This document shows, in pieces, positions 48,827-60,664 of a stretch of 64,000 nt of DNA. The notes beneath the pieces were generated by a model. The model did no database searches. It was not told the DNA's origin and saw only the letters and a program-made list of their open reading frames with translations. The stretch is from an uncultured Pseudomonadota bacterium. Its GTDB lineage: Bacteria > Pseudomonadota > Gammaproteobacteria > Burkholderiales > Methylophilaceae. Within the stretch, counting starts at the first letter, position 1; the number at the start of each line of letters is the position of its first letter. Position numbers and translations under genes: made by a program. The stretch lies in assembly GCA_903846555.1 (NCBI GenBank), contig CAINBI010000077.1:5145-69144 (forward strand). Reading direction: 5' to 3'.

Positions 48827-49887
48827 GTAAAACGCTAATGATTATGGCAGGCGGCACGGGCGGGCACGTATACCCAGCAATGGCGGTGGCGGACAATTTA
48901 AAAGCACAAGGTTGGAACATCGTATGGCTATGCACTGAAGGTGGAATGGAAAATCGCTTGATAGAAAATAAAGACTATCAAAAAGCCATGATCACCATGC
49001 GCGGTGTGCGTGGTAAAGGCTTGATGGGTTGGTTGTTGCTTCCTATTAAATTGAGTATTGCGTTAACGCAATCATATAAAGCGATTGCAAAATATCAACC
49101 TAATCTTGTATTGGGTATGGGTGGTTTTGCGGCGTTTCCTGGCGGTTTAATGGCTAGTTTATTGCGTAAGCCATTAGTCATACATGAGCAGAACTCAGTG
49201 GCAGGTTTAACCAATAAAACTTTAGCGTATTTCGCAAGCAAAGTATTAGCCGCTTTCCCAGCGGCTTTTGGCAGCAAGGCAACGTTAGTCGGCAACCCTG
49301 TGCGGGTTGATATTACTCAAATTTTGTCACCAGAAGCTAGGTTGGCTGAGCGTACTGGGCCATTGCGCTTGTTAGTGGTTGGCGGAAGTTTAGGCGCGCA
49401 AGCATTGAATGAAGTGTTGCCAAAAGCATTGGCTGAAATTGCAGTGGAAAATCGTCCGCTAGTGGTGCATCAGGCGGGTGAAAAGCATATCGCTGCATTG
49501 CAAGGTAACTACCAAGCAGCCAATGTTCAAGCTGAAGCAAAAGCATTTATTGATGACATGGCAGCGATGTATAGATGGGCGGATATTGTCATTTGTCGTG
49601 CCGGTGCATTAACCGTAGCAGAGGTTTCAGCCGCTGGCGTGGCAAGCGTCTTAGTGCCTTTCCCACATGCAGTGGATGACCATCAAACTTCAAATGCGCA
49701 TTATTTATCTGATGCAGACGCGGCGATATTAGTCCCACAAGTCGAATTTACGGTAGAAAAAGTCGCCGCTTTACTGCAAGACTTAACACGCGAACAATGT
49801 TTAAGCATGGCAATTAAAGCGCGCGTATTGGGCAAGCCACAAGCCACCGCTGATGTTGCCAATATCTGCAAGGAGCTAGCCGCATGA
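48823..49887 (+). CDS. murG: Undecaprenyldiphospho-muramoylpentapeptide beta-N-acetylglucosaminyltransferase
   Basis: [11 protein letters not shown] motif; 354 aa. Confidence 0.95.
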   Translation: MSKTLMIMAGGTGGHVYPAMAVADNLKAQGWNIVWLCTEGGMENRLIENKDYQKAMITMRGVRGKGLMGWLLLPIKLSIALTQSYKAIAKYQPNLVLGMGGFAAFPGGLMASLLRKPLVIHEQNSVAGLTNKTLAYFASKVLAAFPAAFGSKATLVGNPVRVDITQILSPEARLAERTGPLRLLVVGGSLGAQALNEVLPKALAEIAVENRPLVVHQAGEKHIAALQGNYQAANVQAEAKAFIDDMAAMYRWADIVICRAGALTVAEVSAAGVASVLVPFPHAVDDHQTSNAHYLSDADAAILVPQVEFTVEKVAALLQDLTREQCLSMAIKARVLGKPQATADVANICKELAA

Positions 49888-51323
49888 AACATAAAGTAAA
49901 GAATATACATTTTGTCGGTATTGGCGGCTCAGGCATGAGCGGCATTGCTGAGGTGTTGATTAACTTAGATTTCACCGTCACTGGATCTGATTTGGCGGTG
50001 AATGCCACTACGCAGCGTTTAACTGATTTTGGCGCAACCGTATACCAAGGCCATGCGGCTGAAAACTTGGGCAATGCGGATGTGGTTGTGGTTTCAAGCG
50101 CGGTTAATGAAGAAAACCCAGAAGTAAAAGCCGCCAGAGCTAAAAATATACCAGTGGTTCCGCGTGCACTAATGTTGGCTGAGCTGATGCGCTTTAGGCA
50201 AGGTATTGCCGTTGCAGGTACGCATGGTAAAACCACTACTACCAGCCTAATTGCCAGCATATTGGCTGAAGCTGGCATGGATCCAACCTTTGTGATTGGC
50301 GGCAAGTTGGAAGCGGCCAATGCTAATGCCAAGCTTGGTACAGGCGAGTACATCGTAGCCGAGGCGGACGAGTCAGATGCTTCATTTTTGCACTTAACGC
50401 CGGTGATGGCAGTGGTCACGAATATCGACCAAGACCACATGGATACTTATGAGCATAGCTTTGACAAGCTCAAGAGCGCATTCGTAGAATTCTTACAACA
50501 ATTACCGTTTTGGGGTATGGCGGTAGTGTGTCTTGATGATGCCAATATTCGTGAAATTCTACCGCGTATCACTAAGCCTGTCATGACCTATGGTTTTAGT
50601 GAAGAGGCGCGTGTTCGCGCGATTAATGTACGCGCTGATGACGGCAAAATGCACTTCACAGTACAACGTATCAATGGCGTGATGACCGAGTTTGACGTCA
50701 CATTAAATCTACCAGGCAATCATTATGTATTAAATGCGCTGGCTGCCATTGCAATAGCCAGTGAACTCAACTTGCCTGATGCAGCAATCATTAAAGCCTT
50801 AAAAGAATTTAAAGGCGTAGGTCGACGGTTTGAACGTTACGGTGAAATTAAAGCAAGGGCGGTTAATGGCAACCCTGAAGGGGCGTTTACGTTGATTGAT
50901 GACTACGGACATCACCCTGTAGAAATGCAGGCAGTCATCGCCGCCGCGCGCGCAGCCTTTCCGAATCGTCGTTTGGTCATGGCTTTTCAACCACATCGTT
51001 ACACACGTACGCGTGATTGTTTTGAAGACTTTGTGCGTGTGTTATCTAGCGCAGATGCAGTATTGCTGACTGAAGTATATTCAGCTGGCGAAGCACCAAT
51101 CATTGCGGCAGATACGCGTTCACTTATCCGCTCGATTCGTGTGGCTGGCAAGGTTGAGCCGCTATTCGTAGAAACAACCGATGCCTTGCCCGAAGCCATT
51201 ATGAATATGGCGCAAGCTAATGATGTGGTCATTGTGATGGGTGCAGGTTCAATTGGGCATGTGGCTGAAAAAACAAAAGCACGCTCAGTACAATCTTTAA
51301 GTATTAACGAGCCGCAAACGTGA
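49884..51323 (+). CDS. murC: UDP-N-acetylmuramate--L-alanine ligase
   Basis: [24 protein letters not shown] motifs. Confidence 0.95.
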   Translation: MKHKVKNIHFVGIGGSGMSGIAEVLINLDFTVTGSDLAVNATTQRLTDFGATVYQGHAAENLGNADVVVVSSAVNEENPEVKAARAKNIPVVPRALMLAELMRFRQGIAVAGTHGKTTTTSLIASILAEAGMDPTFVIGGKLEAANANAKLGTGEYIVAEADESDASFLHLTPVMAVVTNIDQDHMDTYEHSFDKLKSAFVEFLQQLPFWGMAVVCLDDANIREILPRITKPVMTYGFSEEARVRAINVRADDGKMHFTVQRINGVMTEFDVTLNLPGNHYVLNALAAIAIASELNLPDAAIIKALKEFKGVGRRFERYGEIKARAVNGNPEGAFTLIDDYGHHPVEMQAVIAAARAAFPNRRLVMAFQPHRYTRTRDCFEDFVRVLSSADAVLLTEVYSAGEAPIIAADTRSLIRSIRVAGKVEPLFVETTDALPEAIMNMAQANDVVIVMGAGSIGHVAEKTKARSVQSLSINEPQT

Positions 51324-52213
51324 TCAATAAAGTGACACATCCATTTGCAGGAAAGCTGCTCTTAAACGAGTCGCTAGCACGTTATACCAGTTGGCGTGTA
51401 GGTGGTGCGGTGGATCAACTTTACATTCCAGCGGGTTTGGATGATTTAAGTCTGTTTTTAAAGAGCTTGAATGCAACGCAAGCTATTTATTTTGTTGGCT
51501 TAGGATCCAACTTATTAGTCCGTGATGGTGGCGTGCGAGGCACTGTCGTATTAATGCATAACGTATTAACCGAATTAAAGATGGAAGGTGATCTTGTGTA
51601 CGTGGAAGCCGGCGTTACATGTGGAAAGTTGGCGAAGTTTACGGCTAAAGAAGCTAAGCAAGGTGGCGAATTTTTTGCAGGTATTCCCGGTACATTGGGC
51701 GGTGCGCTGGCGATGAATGCAGGTTGCTATGGGGCAGAAACATGGAATGTAGTTCAACGTGTGACCACTATTAACCGACGTGGCGAATTAAATACACGGG
51801 ACGCCTCTGAGTTTGTTGCAAGTTATCGGCATGTTGATATGCCAGTGGCAGATGAATGGTTTATTGCAGCTTGGTTAGCTTTAAAGGCTGGCGATGCACA
51901 TGAATCGGCGCAAAAAATTAAAGATTTATTGGCACAACGTTTAGCTTCTCAGCCACTTAATTTGCCGAGTGCAGGTTCTACATTTAGAAACCCAGCAGGC
52001 GATTATGCTGCAAGATTGATAGAAGCATGTGGTCTCAAAGGCTACATCATTGGTGGTGCGCAAGTGTCTGAAAAGCACGCTAACTTTATTGTGAATGTGG
52101 GTGGTGCAAATGCCTTAGACATAGAGTTGTTGATTAAACACATGCGTGAAGCAGTGTTGCAACAACATGGCATCGCCTTGCAGCAAGAAGTTAAAGTGAT
52201 CGGGGAATATTAG
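51320..52213 (+). CDS. murB: UDP-N-acetylenolpyruvoylglucosamine reductase
   Basis: 297 aa FAD-binding MurB ([18 protein letters not shown]). Placement between murC and ddl is the betaproteobacterial order. Confidence 0.93.
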   Translation: MINKVTHPFAGKLLLNESLARYTSWRVGGAVDQLYIPAGLDDLSLFLKSLNATQAIYFVGLGSNLLVRDGGVRGTVVLMHNVLTELKMEGDLVYVEAGVTCGKLAKFTAKEAKQGGEFFAGIPGTLGGALAMNAGCYGAETWNVVQRVTTINRRGELNTRDASEFVASYRHVDMPVADEWFIAAWLALKAGDAHESAQKIKDLLAQRLASQPLNLPSAGSTFRNPAGDYAARLIEACGLKGYIIGGAQVSEKHANFIVNVGGANALDIELLIKHMREAVLQQHGIALQQEVKVIGEY

Positions 52214-53178
52214 TGGTGATGAGTCTTGATGAAAAAATGGTTAAGAAAATTGATATGAATAAAAAGTTCGGAAAAGTTGCGGTATTACTTGGTGGAAAAT
52301 CAGGCGAGCGTGAAGTATCGCTTAAAAGTGGTGCGGCGGTTTTGGCTGCCTTACAAGCGCAAGGTGTTGATGCGCATGGTTTTGACCCGCGTGAAAAACC
52401 TTTGCATGACCTTGAATCGTTTGACCGTATATTTATTAATCTGCATGGACGATTTGGCGAAGATGGCTGCATACAAGGCGCACTTGAAATGTTGCATATT
52501 CCATATACAGGCAGCGGCGTAATGGCCTCAGCTATTGGCATGGATAAATGGCGCACAAAATTATTATGGCGCGCAATGGATGTGTTTACTCCAGATTTTG
52601 AATTAGTCACAGCTAACAGTGACTTTGCGGCAATAGAAGCAAAATTAGGATTACCTTTGTTTGTAAAACCTGCCAATGAAGGCTCAAGCATAGGTATTAG
52701 CAAAGTCAAACAATCTGGCGGATTAGAAGCCGCTTATAAGATTGCCGCCGAAGCTGATCCGTTAGTCATTGCTGAGAAATTTGTAGATGGCGGTGAATAC
52801 ACGGTGGGTATTATTGGCGATGGTAAAGGTGAATTTATGGCCTTACCCATTATTCGCATTGTGCCAAAGAATGAATTTTATGACTTTGAAGCGAAATATT
52901 TACGCAACGATACCGAGTACTTGTGCCCATGCGGTTTAAGCGCAGAAAAAGAAACACAAATTCAACAGGAAGCTTTACTTGCGTTTAGAGCTATTGGCTG
53001 TAGAGGTTGGGGGCGCGTGGACTTTTTAATGGATAGTGCGGGAAATCATTACTTTATAGAAATTAATACGAGCCCAGGTATGACGGATCATAGTTTAGTG
53101 CCAATGGCAGCAAAAGCCGCAGGCATTAGTTTTGAAGATTTAGTCGTACGTATTTTGGAGCTAGCTGATGTGGGATAA
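52213..53178 (+). CDS. ddl: D-alanine--D-alanine ligase
   Basis: [19 protein letters not shown]-grasp core, EINTSPGMT. The start is uncertain: ATG 52255 ([14 protein letters not shown]) fits homologues best. Confidence 0.92.
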   Translation: MVMSLDEKMVKKIDMNKKFGKVAVLLGGKSGEREVSLKSGAAVLAALQAQGVDAHGFDPREKPLHDLESFDRIFINLHGRFGEDGCIQGALEMLHIPYTGSGVMASAIGMDKWRTKLLWRAMDVFTPDFELVTANSDFAAIEAKLGLPLFVKPANEGSSIGISKVKQSGGLEAAYKIAAEADPLVIAEKFVDGGEYTVGIIGDGKGEFMALPIIRIVPKNEFYDFEAKYLRNDTEYLCPCGLSAEKETQIQQEALLAFRAIGCRGWGRVDFLMDSAGNHYFIEINTSPGMTDHSLVPMAAKAAGISFEDLVVRILELADVG

Positions 53179-53968
53179 GCCTACATTACTTAATTGGATC
53201 GCCAGCCTCTTGTTTGCCTTGAGTGTGTTGGTGATGCTGTATGCGGCTTTATATGCCGTGGTACATCTGCCGATATTTCCACTGCGTGAGGTAAAGGTAG
53301 ATGGTCAGTTGAGTCATGTAAGCCGTGAGCAGATTAAGTTGATTGTAGATAAGCACCTTAAAGGTAATTTTTTTACATTAGATTTAATTAAAGCGCGGGA
53401 TGCCTTTGAGAAGTTGCCTTGGGCGCGCAAGGTGAGTTTGCGCCGCCGTTGGCCTGATAGATTGGAAGTGATGATAGAAGAGCATCAAGAGTTGGCAAGG
53501 TGGGGCAGTATTGCCTTGGTAGATACGCATGGCGAATTATTTCAAGCTGCATCAGGGAGTGATTTACCAATATTTTATGGCCCTAGCGATGGTGTAATAG
53601 AAATTGCCTCGCAATACGGAGAGTTTAGCAAAGCGCTAAAAGTGGCTAATTTAGAGATTGCTAACTTAACACTTACACCAAGACGTGCATGGCAAATCAC
53701 CACGCAAAACAGCATGGTAGTTGAGCTAGGCCGCGTTGAAATGCAAGCTAGGCTAGAGAAGTTTGCCAATATATATAGCACGACAATTTCAGGGTTGAAT
53801 AAGAAAATCGCTTATGCAGATTTGCGCTATCCCAATGGATTTGCGGTGCGTAAACCAGCAGAGATTAATAAGAAGAGTGTTGTTGAATTAGCAAATATAA
53901 AGCCAGCCACCACGAAAGCTAGTGTTGTAAAAGCTAATGACATTAAATCTGGCGACATTAAAAAATAG
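53168..53968 (+). CDS. ftsQ: Cell division protein FtsQ
   Basis: 266 aa, N-terminal TM helix and POTRA-like region; cluster position. Confidence 0.88.
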   Translation: MWDKPTLLNWIASLLFALSVLVMLYAALYAVVHLPIFPLREVKVDGQLSHVSREQIKLIVDKHLKGNFFTLDLIKARDAFEKLPWARKVSLRRRWPDRLEVMIEEHQELARWGSIALVDTHGELFQAASGSDLPIFYGPSDGVIEIASQYGEFSKALKVANLEIANLTLTPRRAWQITTQNSMVVELGRVEMQARLEKFANIYSTTISGLNKKIAYADLRYPNGFAVRKPAEINKKSVVELANIKPATTKASVVKANDIKSGDIKK

Positions 53969-54004
53969 ACATAAACCGTGCGTGAACCACGGAGGGAGTA
54001 ATAC

Positions 54005-55243
54005 ATGAGTAGAACAAAAGAAGATAAAAATTTAATCGTAGGCCTTGATATTGGCACATCGAAAATTGTCGCTATTGTTGCTGAGCTACAGCCAGAAGGT
54101 ACGATAAAAGTCATTGGCCTCGGGCAACATATTTCACGCGGTTTAAAAAAAGGTGTGGTGATCAATATTGAATCGACCATGCAATCTATTCAGCGTGCGC
54201 TAGAAGAAGCCGAGCTAATGGCCGATTGCAAAATCAATAATGTGTATACCGGTATTGCTGGCAGCCACATTAAAAGCCTGAACTCACATGGCATGGTCAA
54301 GATTAAGGATGCTGAAGTTTCACAGATGGATGTGGATCGCGTGATTGAAACTGCTCGTGCGGTTGCCTTGCCAGCGGATCAGCAAATACTACATATCCTG
54401 ACGCAGGAATTTATTATCGATGGACAGGAAGATGTGCGTGAACCGCTAGGCATGAGCGGCATGAAGCTTGAGGTGAAAGTGCATATTGTGACAGGCGCAG
54501 TGGCCGCCGCGCAAAATATAGTGAAGTGCATCAAGCGTTGCGGTATTGAAGTCAGTGATTTGATTTTACAACCGCTAGCTTCAAGCCTTGCAGTGCTGAC
54601 TGAAGATGAGAAAGAGTTAGGTGTTTGTTTAGTGGATATTGGCGGCGGAACAACCGATATCGCAGTATTTAAACAAGGTGCGATTCGCCATACGGCAGTA
54701 GTGCCTATTGCGGGCGACCAAATGACCAACGATGTTGCCGTGGCATTTCGTACGCCAACACAATCCGCTGAGGATATTAAAATCAAGCACGGTTGTGCAT
54801 TACGCCAATTAGCTGACCCACGTGATGTTATTGAGGTGCTGGGCGTAGATGGTCGTGAGCCACGCCAGCTATCAGTACAAACTTTAGCCGAGGTGTTAGA
54901 GCCGCGCGTAGTCGAGTTGTATGAATTGGTATTGAATGAACTACGCCGTAGTGGCATGGAAGATATGATCGCTTCTGGCATCGTCATCACAGGGGGTTCA
55001 GCCATGATGCGCGGCATGGTGGAGCTAGGCGAAGAGATATTCCATATGCCCGTGCGCATGGGCTTACCAAGATACGTAGGTGGCTTGTCAGAAGTGGTTA
55101 GCAACCCACGCTATGCTACGGGGGTGGGTTTGGTGCTGATGGGTAAGCAGCAATTAGAAAGGCATTTAAGTGGACAAATGGAAATCAACTCATTTGCACG
55201 CATGATGGACAAAATGAAAAGCTGGTTTCAAGGTAATTTTTAA
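54005..55243 (+). CDS. ftsA: Cell division protein FtsA
   Basis: 412 aa actin-like ATPase (GLDIGTSKI, DIGGGTTDIAVF). Confidence 0.96.
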   Translation: MSRTKEDKNLIVGLDIGTSKIVAIVAELQPEGTIKVIGLGQHISRGLKKGVVINIESTMQSIQRALEEAELMADCKINNVYTGIAGSHIKSLNSHGMVKIKDAEVSQMDVDRVIETARAVALPADQQILHILTQEFIIDGQEDVREPLGMSGMKLEVKVHIVTGAVAAAQNIVKCIKRCGIEVSDLILQPLASSLAVLTEDEKELGVCLVDIGGGTTDIAVFKQGAIRHTAVVPIAGDQMTNDVAVAFRTPTQSAEDIKIKHGCALRQLADPRDVIEVLGVDGREPRQLSVQTLAEVLEPRVVELYELVLNELRRSGMEDMIASGIVITGGSAMMRGMVELGEEIFHMPVRMGLPRYVGGLSEVVSNPRYATGVGLVLMGKQQLERHLSGQMEINSFARMMDKMKSWFQGNF

Positions 55244-55310
55244 GAAGTAAGGCAGGCAGTAAGCAGTTCAGACAGAAGCAAATTAGTAAATTAAAAAGAG
55301 GAGACACAAA

Positions 55311-56489
55311 ATGTTCGAAATCATGGAAAAAAGTTCTCAAGAAGCTGTTATTAAAGTCATTGGGGTAGGTGGTTGTGGTGGTAATGCGGTTGCACATATG
55401 ATCGAAAAAAACGTAGGTGGTGTAGAGTTTATTTGCGCGAATACAGACATGCAAGCTTTGAGAAAAAGCCAAGCTAAAACAGTATTGCAAATAGGTGAGA
55501 CCATGACTAGAGGTTTAGGCGCAGGCGCTAAACCAGAAGTGGGTCGTGAAGCAGCATTGGAAGATCGTGATGCAATTGCGGAGTTGATTGAAGGCGCCGA
55601 TATGCTGTTCATCACCGCAGGTATGGGTGGCGGTACTGGCACGGGTGCTGCACCCGTCATTGCGCAAATTGCAAAAGAAATGGGCATATTAACCGTTGCG
55701 GTTGTGACTAAGCCTTTCTCGTTTGAAGGTAAGCGTACTAAAGTAGCTGCAGATGGTCTTGAAGAGTTGTCCAAATATGTGGATTCACTAATCGTGATTC
55801 CCAACGAAAAATTGATGGAAGTTTTAGGTGAAGATGTACCATTTTTAGAAGCGTTTAGAGCGGCTAATGATGTGTTGCACAATGCAGTTTCAGGCATTGC
55901 CGAAATCATCAATTGCGCGGGTACAGTGAACGTTGACTTTGCTGATGTACGCACAGTGATGAGCGAAATGGGCATGGCGATGATGGGTTCAGCACTTGCA
56001 ACGGGTCCAGATCGCGCACGTATCGCGGCTGAGCAAGCAGTGGCAAGCCCATTGTTAGAAGATGTTAACTTGGCTAATGCGCGCGGTGTTTTGGTCAATA
56101 TCACCACATCCAGCTCTTTCAAAATGAAAGAATACTATGATGTGATGAATACCATAAAAGCATTTACCGCAGATGATGCCACAGTGATTGTTGGTAACGT
56201 GTTTGATGAAACAATGGGTGACGGATTGCGTGTCACAATGGTTGCCACTGGTTTAACTGGCTCACAACGTCGTCAACAAAAACCTGAATTACGTGTGATG
56301 CCACAAGAAGTATTGCGTACTGGCACAAGCAATCAACCCGTTTATATGGGTGGCAACACCAATATGATAGACGATGAAGCGCCTGTAGTATTTGGTTCAA
56401 ACAGCCGTCGTGCACAAGTGGAAGCAATGAAAATGTCAGGTGTAGAAGAGTATGATATTCCTGCATTTTTACGTAAACAAGCTGACTAA
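55311..56489 (+). CDS. ftsZ: Cell division GTPase FtsZ
   Basis: GVGGCGGNA, tubulin signature GGGTGTGAAP, C-terminal DIPAFLRKQAD. Confidence 0.98.
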   Translation: MFEIMEKSSQEAVIKVIGVGGCGGNAVAHMIEKNVGGVEFICANTDMQALRKSQAKTVLQIGETMTRGLGAGAKPEVGREAALEDRDAIAELIEGADMLFITAGMGGGTGTGAAPVIAQIAKEMGILTVAVVTKPFSFEGKRTKVAADGLEELSKYVDSLIVIPNEKLMEVLGEDVPFLEAFRAANDVLHNAVSGIAEIINCAGTVNVDFADVRTVMSEMGMAMMGSALATGPDRARIAAEQAVASPLLEDVNLANARGVLVNITTSSSFKMKEYYDVMNTIKAFTADDATVIVGNVFDETMGDGLRVTMVATGLTGSQRRQQKPELRVMPQEVLRTGTSNQPVYMGGNTNMIDDEAPVVFGSNSRRAQVEAMKMSGVEEYDIPAFLRKQAD

Positions 56490-56665
56490 TTGGGCACTTT
56501 ACAACCACCTTTTTAACTTACTTGTACCGTTAAGCCAGTTTTCGGATTCACTAGATTTAGGTGAAACATGATATTATTTGCTTGATTAATAAGGCAAATA
56601 TGTACGATACATGTCAGTAAATGTAGATGAATGTAAAGTTTGATATAGGGAATTTTGAACGATTG

Positions 56666-57595
56666 ATGTTAAAGCAGCGTACATTAAAAAAAGCAATTAG
56701 CACTACTGGCGTTGGCTTGCATAACGGCGAAAAGGTTACTCTTACCCTGCGCCCTGCTGCACCCGACACTGGTATTGTTTTCAAACGGGTTGATCTGCCT
56801 CAGCCCAATGAAATCTTAGCCACACCTAACGCAGTGCATGACACACGAATGTGTTCTGCCTTAGAAGCTAATGGTGCGCGTGTTGCTACCGTTGAACACA
56901 TCATGTCTGCGCTTGCCGGCTTAGGAGTAGACAATGCATATATTGATGTAAACGCTGCTGAAATTCCAATTATGGACGGTAGTTCTGGTCCCTTTGTATT
57001 TTTATTGCAAGAAGCCGGCATTGTTGAACAAGCTGCACCTAAGAAGTTTATACGCGTTATAAAAACAGTAGAGGTGATTGATGACGATAAGTGGGTTCGC
57101 TTTGAGCCTTATCATGGCTTTAAAATTGACTTCACCATTCTTTTCAATCACCCCGTATTTGAGCATTCTAGTAGTAATGTAAAAATTGATTTCGCTACTG
57201 ATTCCTATGTCAAAGAAATCAGTCGTGCTCGTACTTTTGGCTTTATGCACGAGGTTGAGTATTTGCGATCTAACGGCTTGGCGCGTGGCGGTAGTTTGGA
57301 TAATGCAATTGTTCTAGATGAATATCGTGTACTAAATACCGATGGTTTGCGCTATGAAGATGAGTTTGTAAAACATAAAGTTTTAGATGCTATTGGTGAT
57401 TTGTATATGTTGGGCCACCCCATTTTAGGTGCGTTTTATGCCTACAAATCAGGTCACGCGCTCAATAACAAATTGCTATGTGCTTTGTTGCAAGATGAAA
57501 CGGCATGGGAATACACTACTTTTCAACAGAAAGATGAAGCACCTGCAGTATTTTTATCGCAAAGTACGCAACTAATCGTTGAGTCAACTTTCTAA
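56666..57595 (+). CDS. lpxC: UDP-3-O-acyl-N-acetylglucosamine deacetylase
   Basis: [24 protein letters not shown] aligns with the E. coli LpxC N-terminus (the ORF track starts 13 codons earlier at 56627). [10 protein letters not shown] motif. Confidence 0.95.
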   Translation: MLKQRTLKKAISTTGVGLHNGEKVTLTLRPAAPDTGIVFKRVDLPQPNEILATPNAVHDTRMCSALEANGARVATVEHIMSALAGLGVDNAYIDVNAAEIPIMDGSSGPFVFLLQEAGIVEQAAPKKFIRVIKTVEVIDDDKWVRFEPYHGFKIDFTILFNHPVFEHSSSNVKIDFATDSYVKEISRARTFGFMHEVEYLRSNGLARGGSLDNAIVLDEYRVLNTDGLRYEDEFVKHKVLDAIGDLYMLGHPILGAFYAYKSGHALNNKLLCALLQDETAWEYTTFQQKDEAPAVFLSQSTQLIVESTF

Positions 57596-57661
57596 ATTCT
57601 GATTGGTTTTTTTAGAATTAATGATTAAAAAAACGTTTTAAAAACAATTGCAGCAACTCAT

Positions 57662-59632
57662 TTGAAAGGGCGCGCCGTGTTAATTATTCGCCTATTATTA
57701 GTACTCCTTACCACTATAGTGCCTACTCAGGTCTTTGCACTTTCTGATGATGCACTGTTTCAGCATGCACGCGAATCTTACGCGGCTAAAAATACAACCC
57801 TCTTAGCCAATGATGTTAGCCAGCTTAAAACTCAGCAATATCTCCTAGCGCCTTATGCCGATTATTGGCTAATGCTGCTCAACTTAGAGCAAGCGCGCGA
57901 TGAAGAAGTGCAGAATTTTTTAGCACAATATGTTGACCTGCCTTTTGTCGACCGTGTGCGTGGGGAATGGCTAAAAAAACTAGCTAAACAACAAAACTGG
58001 GATGCTTTTTATACTGAATCAGTTAATTTTCAGCGCGATGACATTGTTGTCCAGTGCTATGCCTTACTCGGTCATGCTCAATTGGGTGACGCTGATGTCA
58101 GCAATGAAACTAAAAGCTTGTGGTTAACGACTGCTGATTTGCCTAGCAATTGTAATCAACTGTTTGATGTGATGCAGAAAAAAGGTGATCTAAGTACAGA
58201 CGATATTTGGGCGCGGTTTAGATTGGTTTTACAAGATGGCAAGTTGAGTGCTGCCAAAAGTATTGCGCTACGCCTACCAATGATGGATGCGAAAAATATG
58301 AAGCTGTTAGATAGCGCGACTTTAACCCCACAGCAAGTATTAGACAAAAAAGTCATTTCATTTAAAAGTAGATTCGGTACAGAGCTTAATCTATATGCGC
58401 TTGATCGTCTTGCGCGCACTAAATTAGAGGCAGCAATTAGTCGTTATAAGGATATTCAAGATTCAGTTGACCCAGACAACCGCGCTTTTGTTTGGGGTAG
58501 ATTTGCTTACCACGCAGCGCGTGCCCATGACCCTAAAGCGCTTGAATATTATGCCTTGGCTAAAAATGCAAATTTAGACAAAGAACAATTGGCTTGGAAA
58601 GTTAGGGCCGCATTGCGCGCAAAAGATTGGCCAGTTGTATTAACGGCAATCGCGGCAATGCCAACAAAACAATCAGATGAAAATGCTTGGCGTTACTGGA
58701 AGGCGCGCGCATTAAAAGAGCAGATGGGGCAAGGTTTAGGCCAGCAAGCTGAAGCTAATGCAATTTTCAGCAAGCTATCTACGGAGCGTCATTATTATGG
58801 CTGGCTTGCGGCAGATGAGTTGGAGAGTGTCATGAGCGCTCCTAGCGAGCATTACAGCATCAGCGAGAATGAAGTCAATGCAATCGCTGGTGATTCCGCC
58901 ATTAAGCGTGCGTTGGAATTGCAACGCTTAGATTTACGCTGGGAAGCTAAAGCTGAGTGGGTGTGGGCAACGCGTAATTTTGACGATAAACAACTGCTCG
59001 CCGCAGCGGAATATGCAGCGCGTCAAAAGTGGTACGACATTGCTATTATTACAGCAGACAACACCAAGCAGATTCATGATTTCAGCTTGCGCTATCCAAC
59101 TCCTTATAGAGATTTAATACGCAGTTCAGCCAATAGCGAAAATATCGATGAAGCTTGGGTGTATGGGTTAACTCGGCAAGAAAGCAGGTTTATGCATTAT
59201 GCAAAATCAGGTGTTGGTGCATCAGGGTTGATGCAATTGATGCCGGCGACTGCAAAATGGGCGGCAAAGCGTATGGGTCTGAGTAGTTATAGCAACGACA
59301 AAATCCACGATTTAAGCACCAATATTGGTATTGGCACTTATTACATGCGATACACTTTGGATTTGATGGGCGGGCAAGCCGTAATGGCAACGGCAGCTTA
59401 TAACGCAGGCCCCAGCCGCGCAAAACGATGGATGGCTAGTGGGCCACTTGAAGCTGCTATATATATTGAAAGCATTCCATTTACCGAAACTAGAAATTAC
59501 GTACAAAAAGTCATGGCGAATGCAAACTTATATGCACCACGTTTAGGCACTAAAATTCAGTCACTAAAATCCCGTTTAGGTATTATACCTGCCAGTGGCA
59601 ACCCTGTAATTGTGGAAGCTGACAGTGAATAG
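57662..59632 (+). CDS. slt: Soluble lytic murein transglycosylase (Slt70-like)
   Basis: 656 aa; superhelical N-terminal region and C-terminal SLT domain (QESRF...GLMQLMP...AAYNAGP). Non-ATG start, exact position uncertain. Confidence 0.9.
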   Translation: MKGRAVLIIRLLLVLLTTIVPTQVFALSDDALFQHARESYAAKNTTLLANDVSQLKTQQYLLAPYADYWLMLLNLEQARDEEVQNFLAQYVDLPFVDRVRGEWLKKLAKQQNWDAFYTESVNFQRDDIVVQCYALLGHAQLGDADVSNETKSLWLTTADLPSNCNQLFDVMQKKGDLSTDDIWARFRLVLQDGKLSAAKSIALRLPMMDAKNMKLLDSATLTPQQVLDKKVISFKSRFGTELNLYALDRLARTKLEAAISRYKDIQDSVDPDNRAFVWGRFAYHAARAHDPKALEYYALAKNANLDKEQLAWKVRAALRAKDWPVVLTAIAAMPTKQSDENAWRYWKARALKEQMGQGLGQQAEANAIFSKLSTERHYYGWLAADELESVMSAPSEHYSISENEVNAIAGDSAIKRALELQRLDLRWEAKAEWVWATRNFDDKQLLAAAEYAARQKWYDIAIITADNTKQIHDFSLRYPTPYRDLIRSSANSENIDEAWVYGLTRQESRFMHYAKSGVGASGLMQLMPATAKWAAKRMGLSSYSNDKIHDLSTNIGIGTYYMRYTLDLMGGQAVMATAAYNAGPSRAKRWMASGPLEAAIYIESIPFTETRNYVQKVMANANLYAPRLGTKIQSLKSRLGIIPASGNPVIVEADSE

Positions 59633-59674
59633 TCGTCAAAAATAAGTAAATCAAAAGAAGATACAGGGCTCAAT

Positions 59675-60622
59675 ATGAGATTAAAAGAAATATGTGTTTT
59701 AGGTGGCTCAGGCTTTGTCGGTAGTGCAGTAGTTGCCAAGTTAGATGCGGCGGGTTATGCCGTAAAAGTAGTTACTCGCCGTCGCGATACCGCCAAGCAT
59801 TTATTATTACTACCTAACGTGCAAGTGGTGGAATGTAATGTGCTGGATCAGCAAGCGCTAAGTGCAACATTAAAAGGTGTCGATGCCGTCATTAATTTGA
59901 TTGGGATTTTGCATCAAAGCCGACGCTTAAGCTTTAATGCCGTGCATCATCAATTACCAGCCAAACTAGTCAAAATTTGTGCAGACTTAGACATTACGCG
60001 CTTATTGCACATGAGTAGCTTATGCGCGGAGCAAAATGCGCCTAGTCAATATTTGCAATCTAAGGCCTTAGGTGAAGCCGCATTACTGGCTTTGCAAGAT
60101 AAAGTGAATATCACTATTTTCAAACCATCTATTATTTTTGGGCGTGGTGATGCTTTTATTAATTTGTTTGCGTCACTTGTTAAGCATTTACCAGTAGTGA
60201 TACTGGCCAAACCCGATGCTAAATTTCAGCCTATTTGGGTTGAAGATGTTGCCAGTTGTTTTGTAAAAAGTCTCGATAATATTGATACCTACAGTAAAAC
60301 TTATGAGCTTGTCGGACCTAAAGTTTATAGTTTTCGTGAGTTGATAAAGCAAGTGATGAAGACTTTGAATATTCAACGCCCAATGATTGGGTTAAGTGAC
60401 AAACTTTCATACATGCAAGCATTTATGATGGAGTTGCTGCCGATTAAACTAATGTCACGCGACAATGTGCGGTCTATGGAGGTTGATAGCGTGAGCGCTA
60501 ATCCATTCCCTGAGATATTTGGCGTGATACCCACCGCACTAGAGGCAGTGATTCCCGAATACTTGGTTGATGAAACGCCGCGTGGTGCCTATGATCGGTT
60601 TCGACGATATGCTGCTAGGTAG
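59675..60622 (+). CDS. NAD(P)H-binding SDR-type protein (NDUFA9/epimerase-like)
   Basis: GGSGFVGS Rossmann motif; 315 aa. Confidence 0.75.
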   Translation: MRLKEICVLGGSGFVGSAVVAKLDAAGYAVKVVTRRRDTAKHLLLLPNVQVVECNVLDQQALSATLKGVDAVINLIGILHQSRRLSFNAVHHQLPAKLVKICADLDITRLLHMSSLCAEQNAPSQYLQSKALGEAALLALQDKVNITIFKPSIIFGRGDAFINLFASLVKHLPVVILAKPDAKFQPIWVEDVASCFVKSLDNIDTYSKTYELVGPKVYSFRELIKQVMKTLNIQRPMIGLSDKLSYMQAFMMELLPIKLMSRDNVRSMEVDSVSANPFPEIFGVIPTALEAVIPEYLVDETPRGAYDRFRRYAAR

Positions 60623-60664
60623 TTAGTTTTCAATCCTATCATTTATTAGATACTCAAAAAAGTC

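Noticed and set aside
54379-56122. Long antisense ORFs inside ftsA (54379-55104, 241 aa) and ftsZ (55337-56122, 261 aa). Similar ones lie opposite murC (49814-50440), ddl (52191-52709), envC (1340-1984), gpsA (6546-7043) and groEL (18557-19081).
   Set aside because: Their products are low-complexity and Ser/Pro/Ala/Thr-rich, as expected for the reverse frame of highly conserved, codon-biased genes. They have no RBS and no recognisable domains, so they are shadow ORFs.
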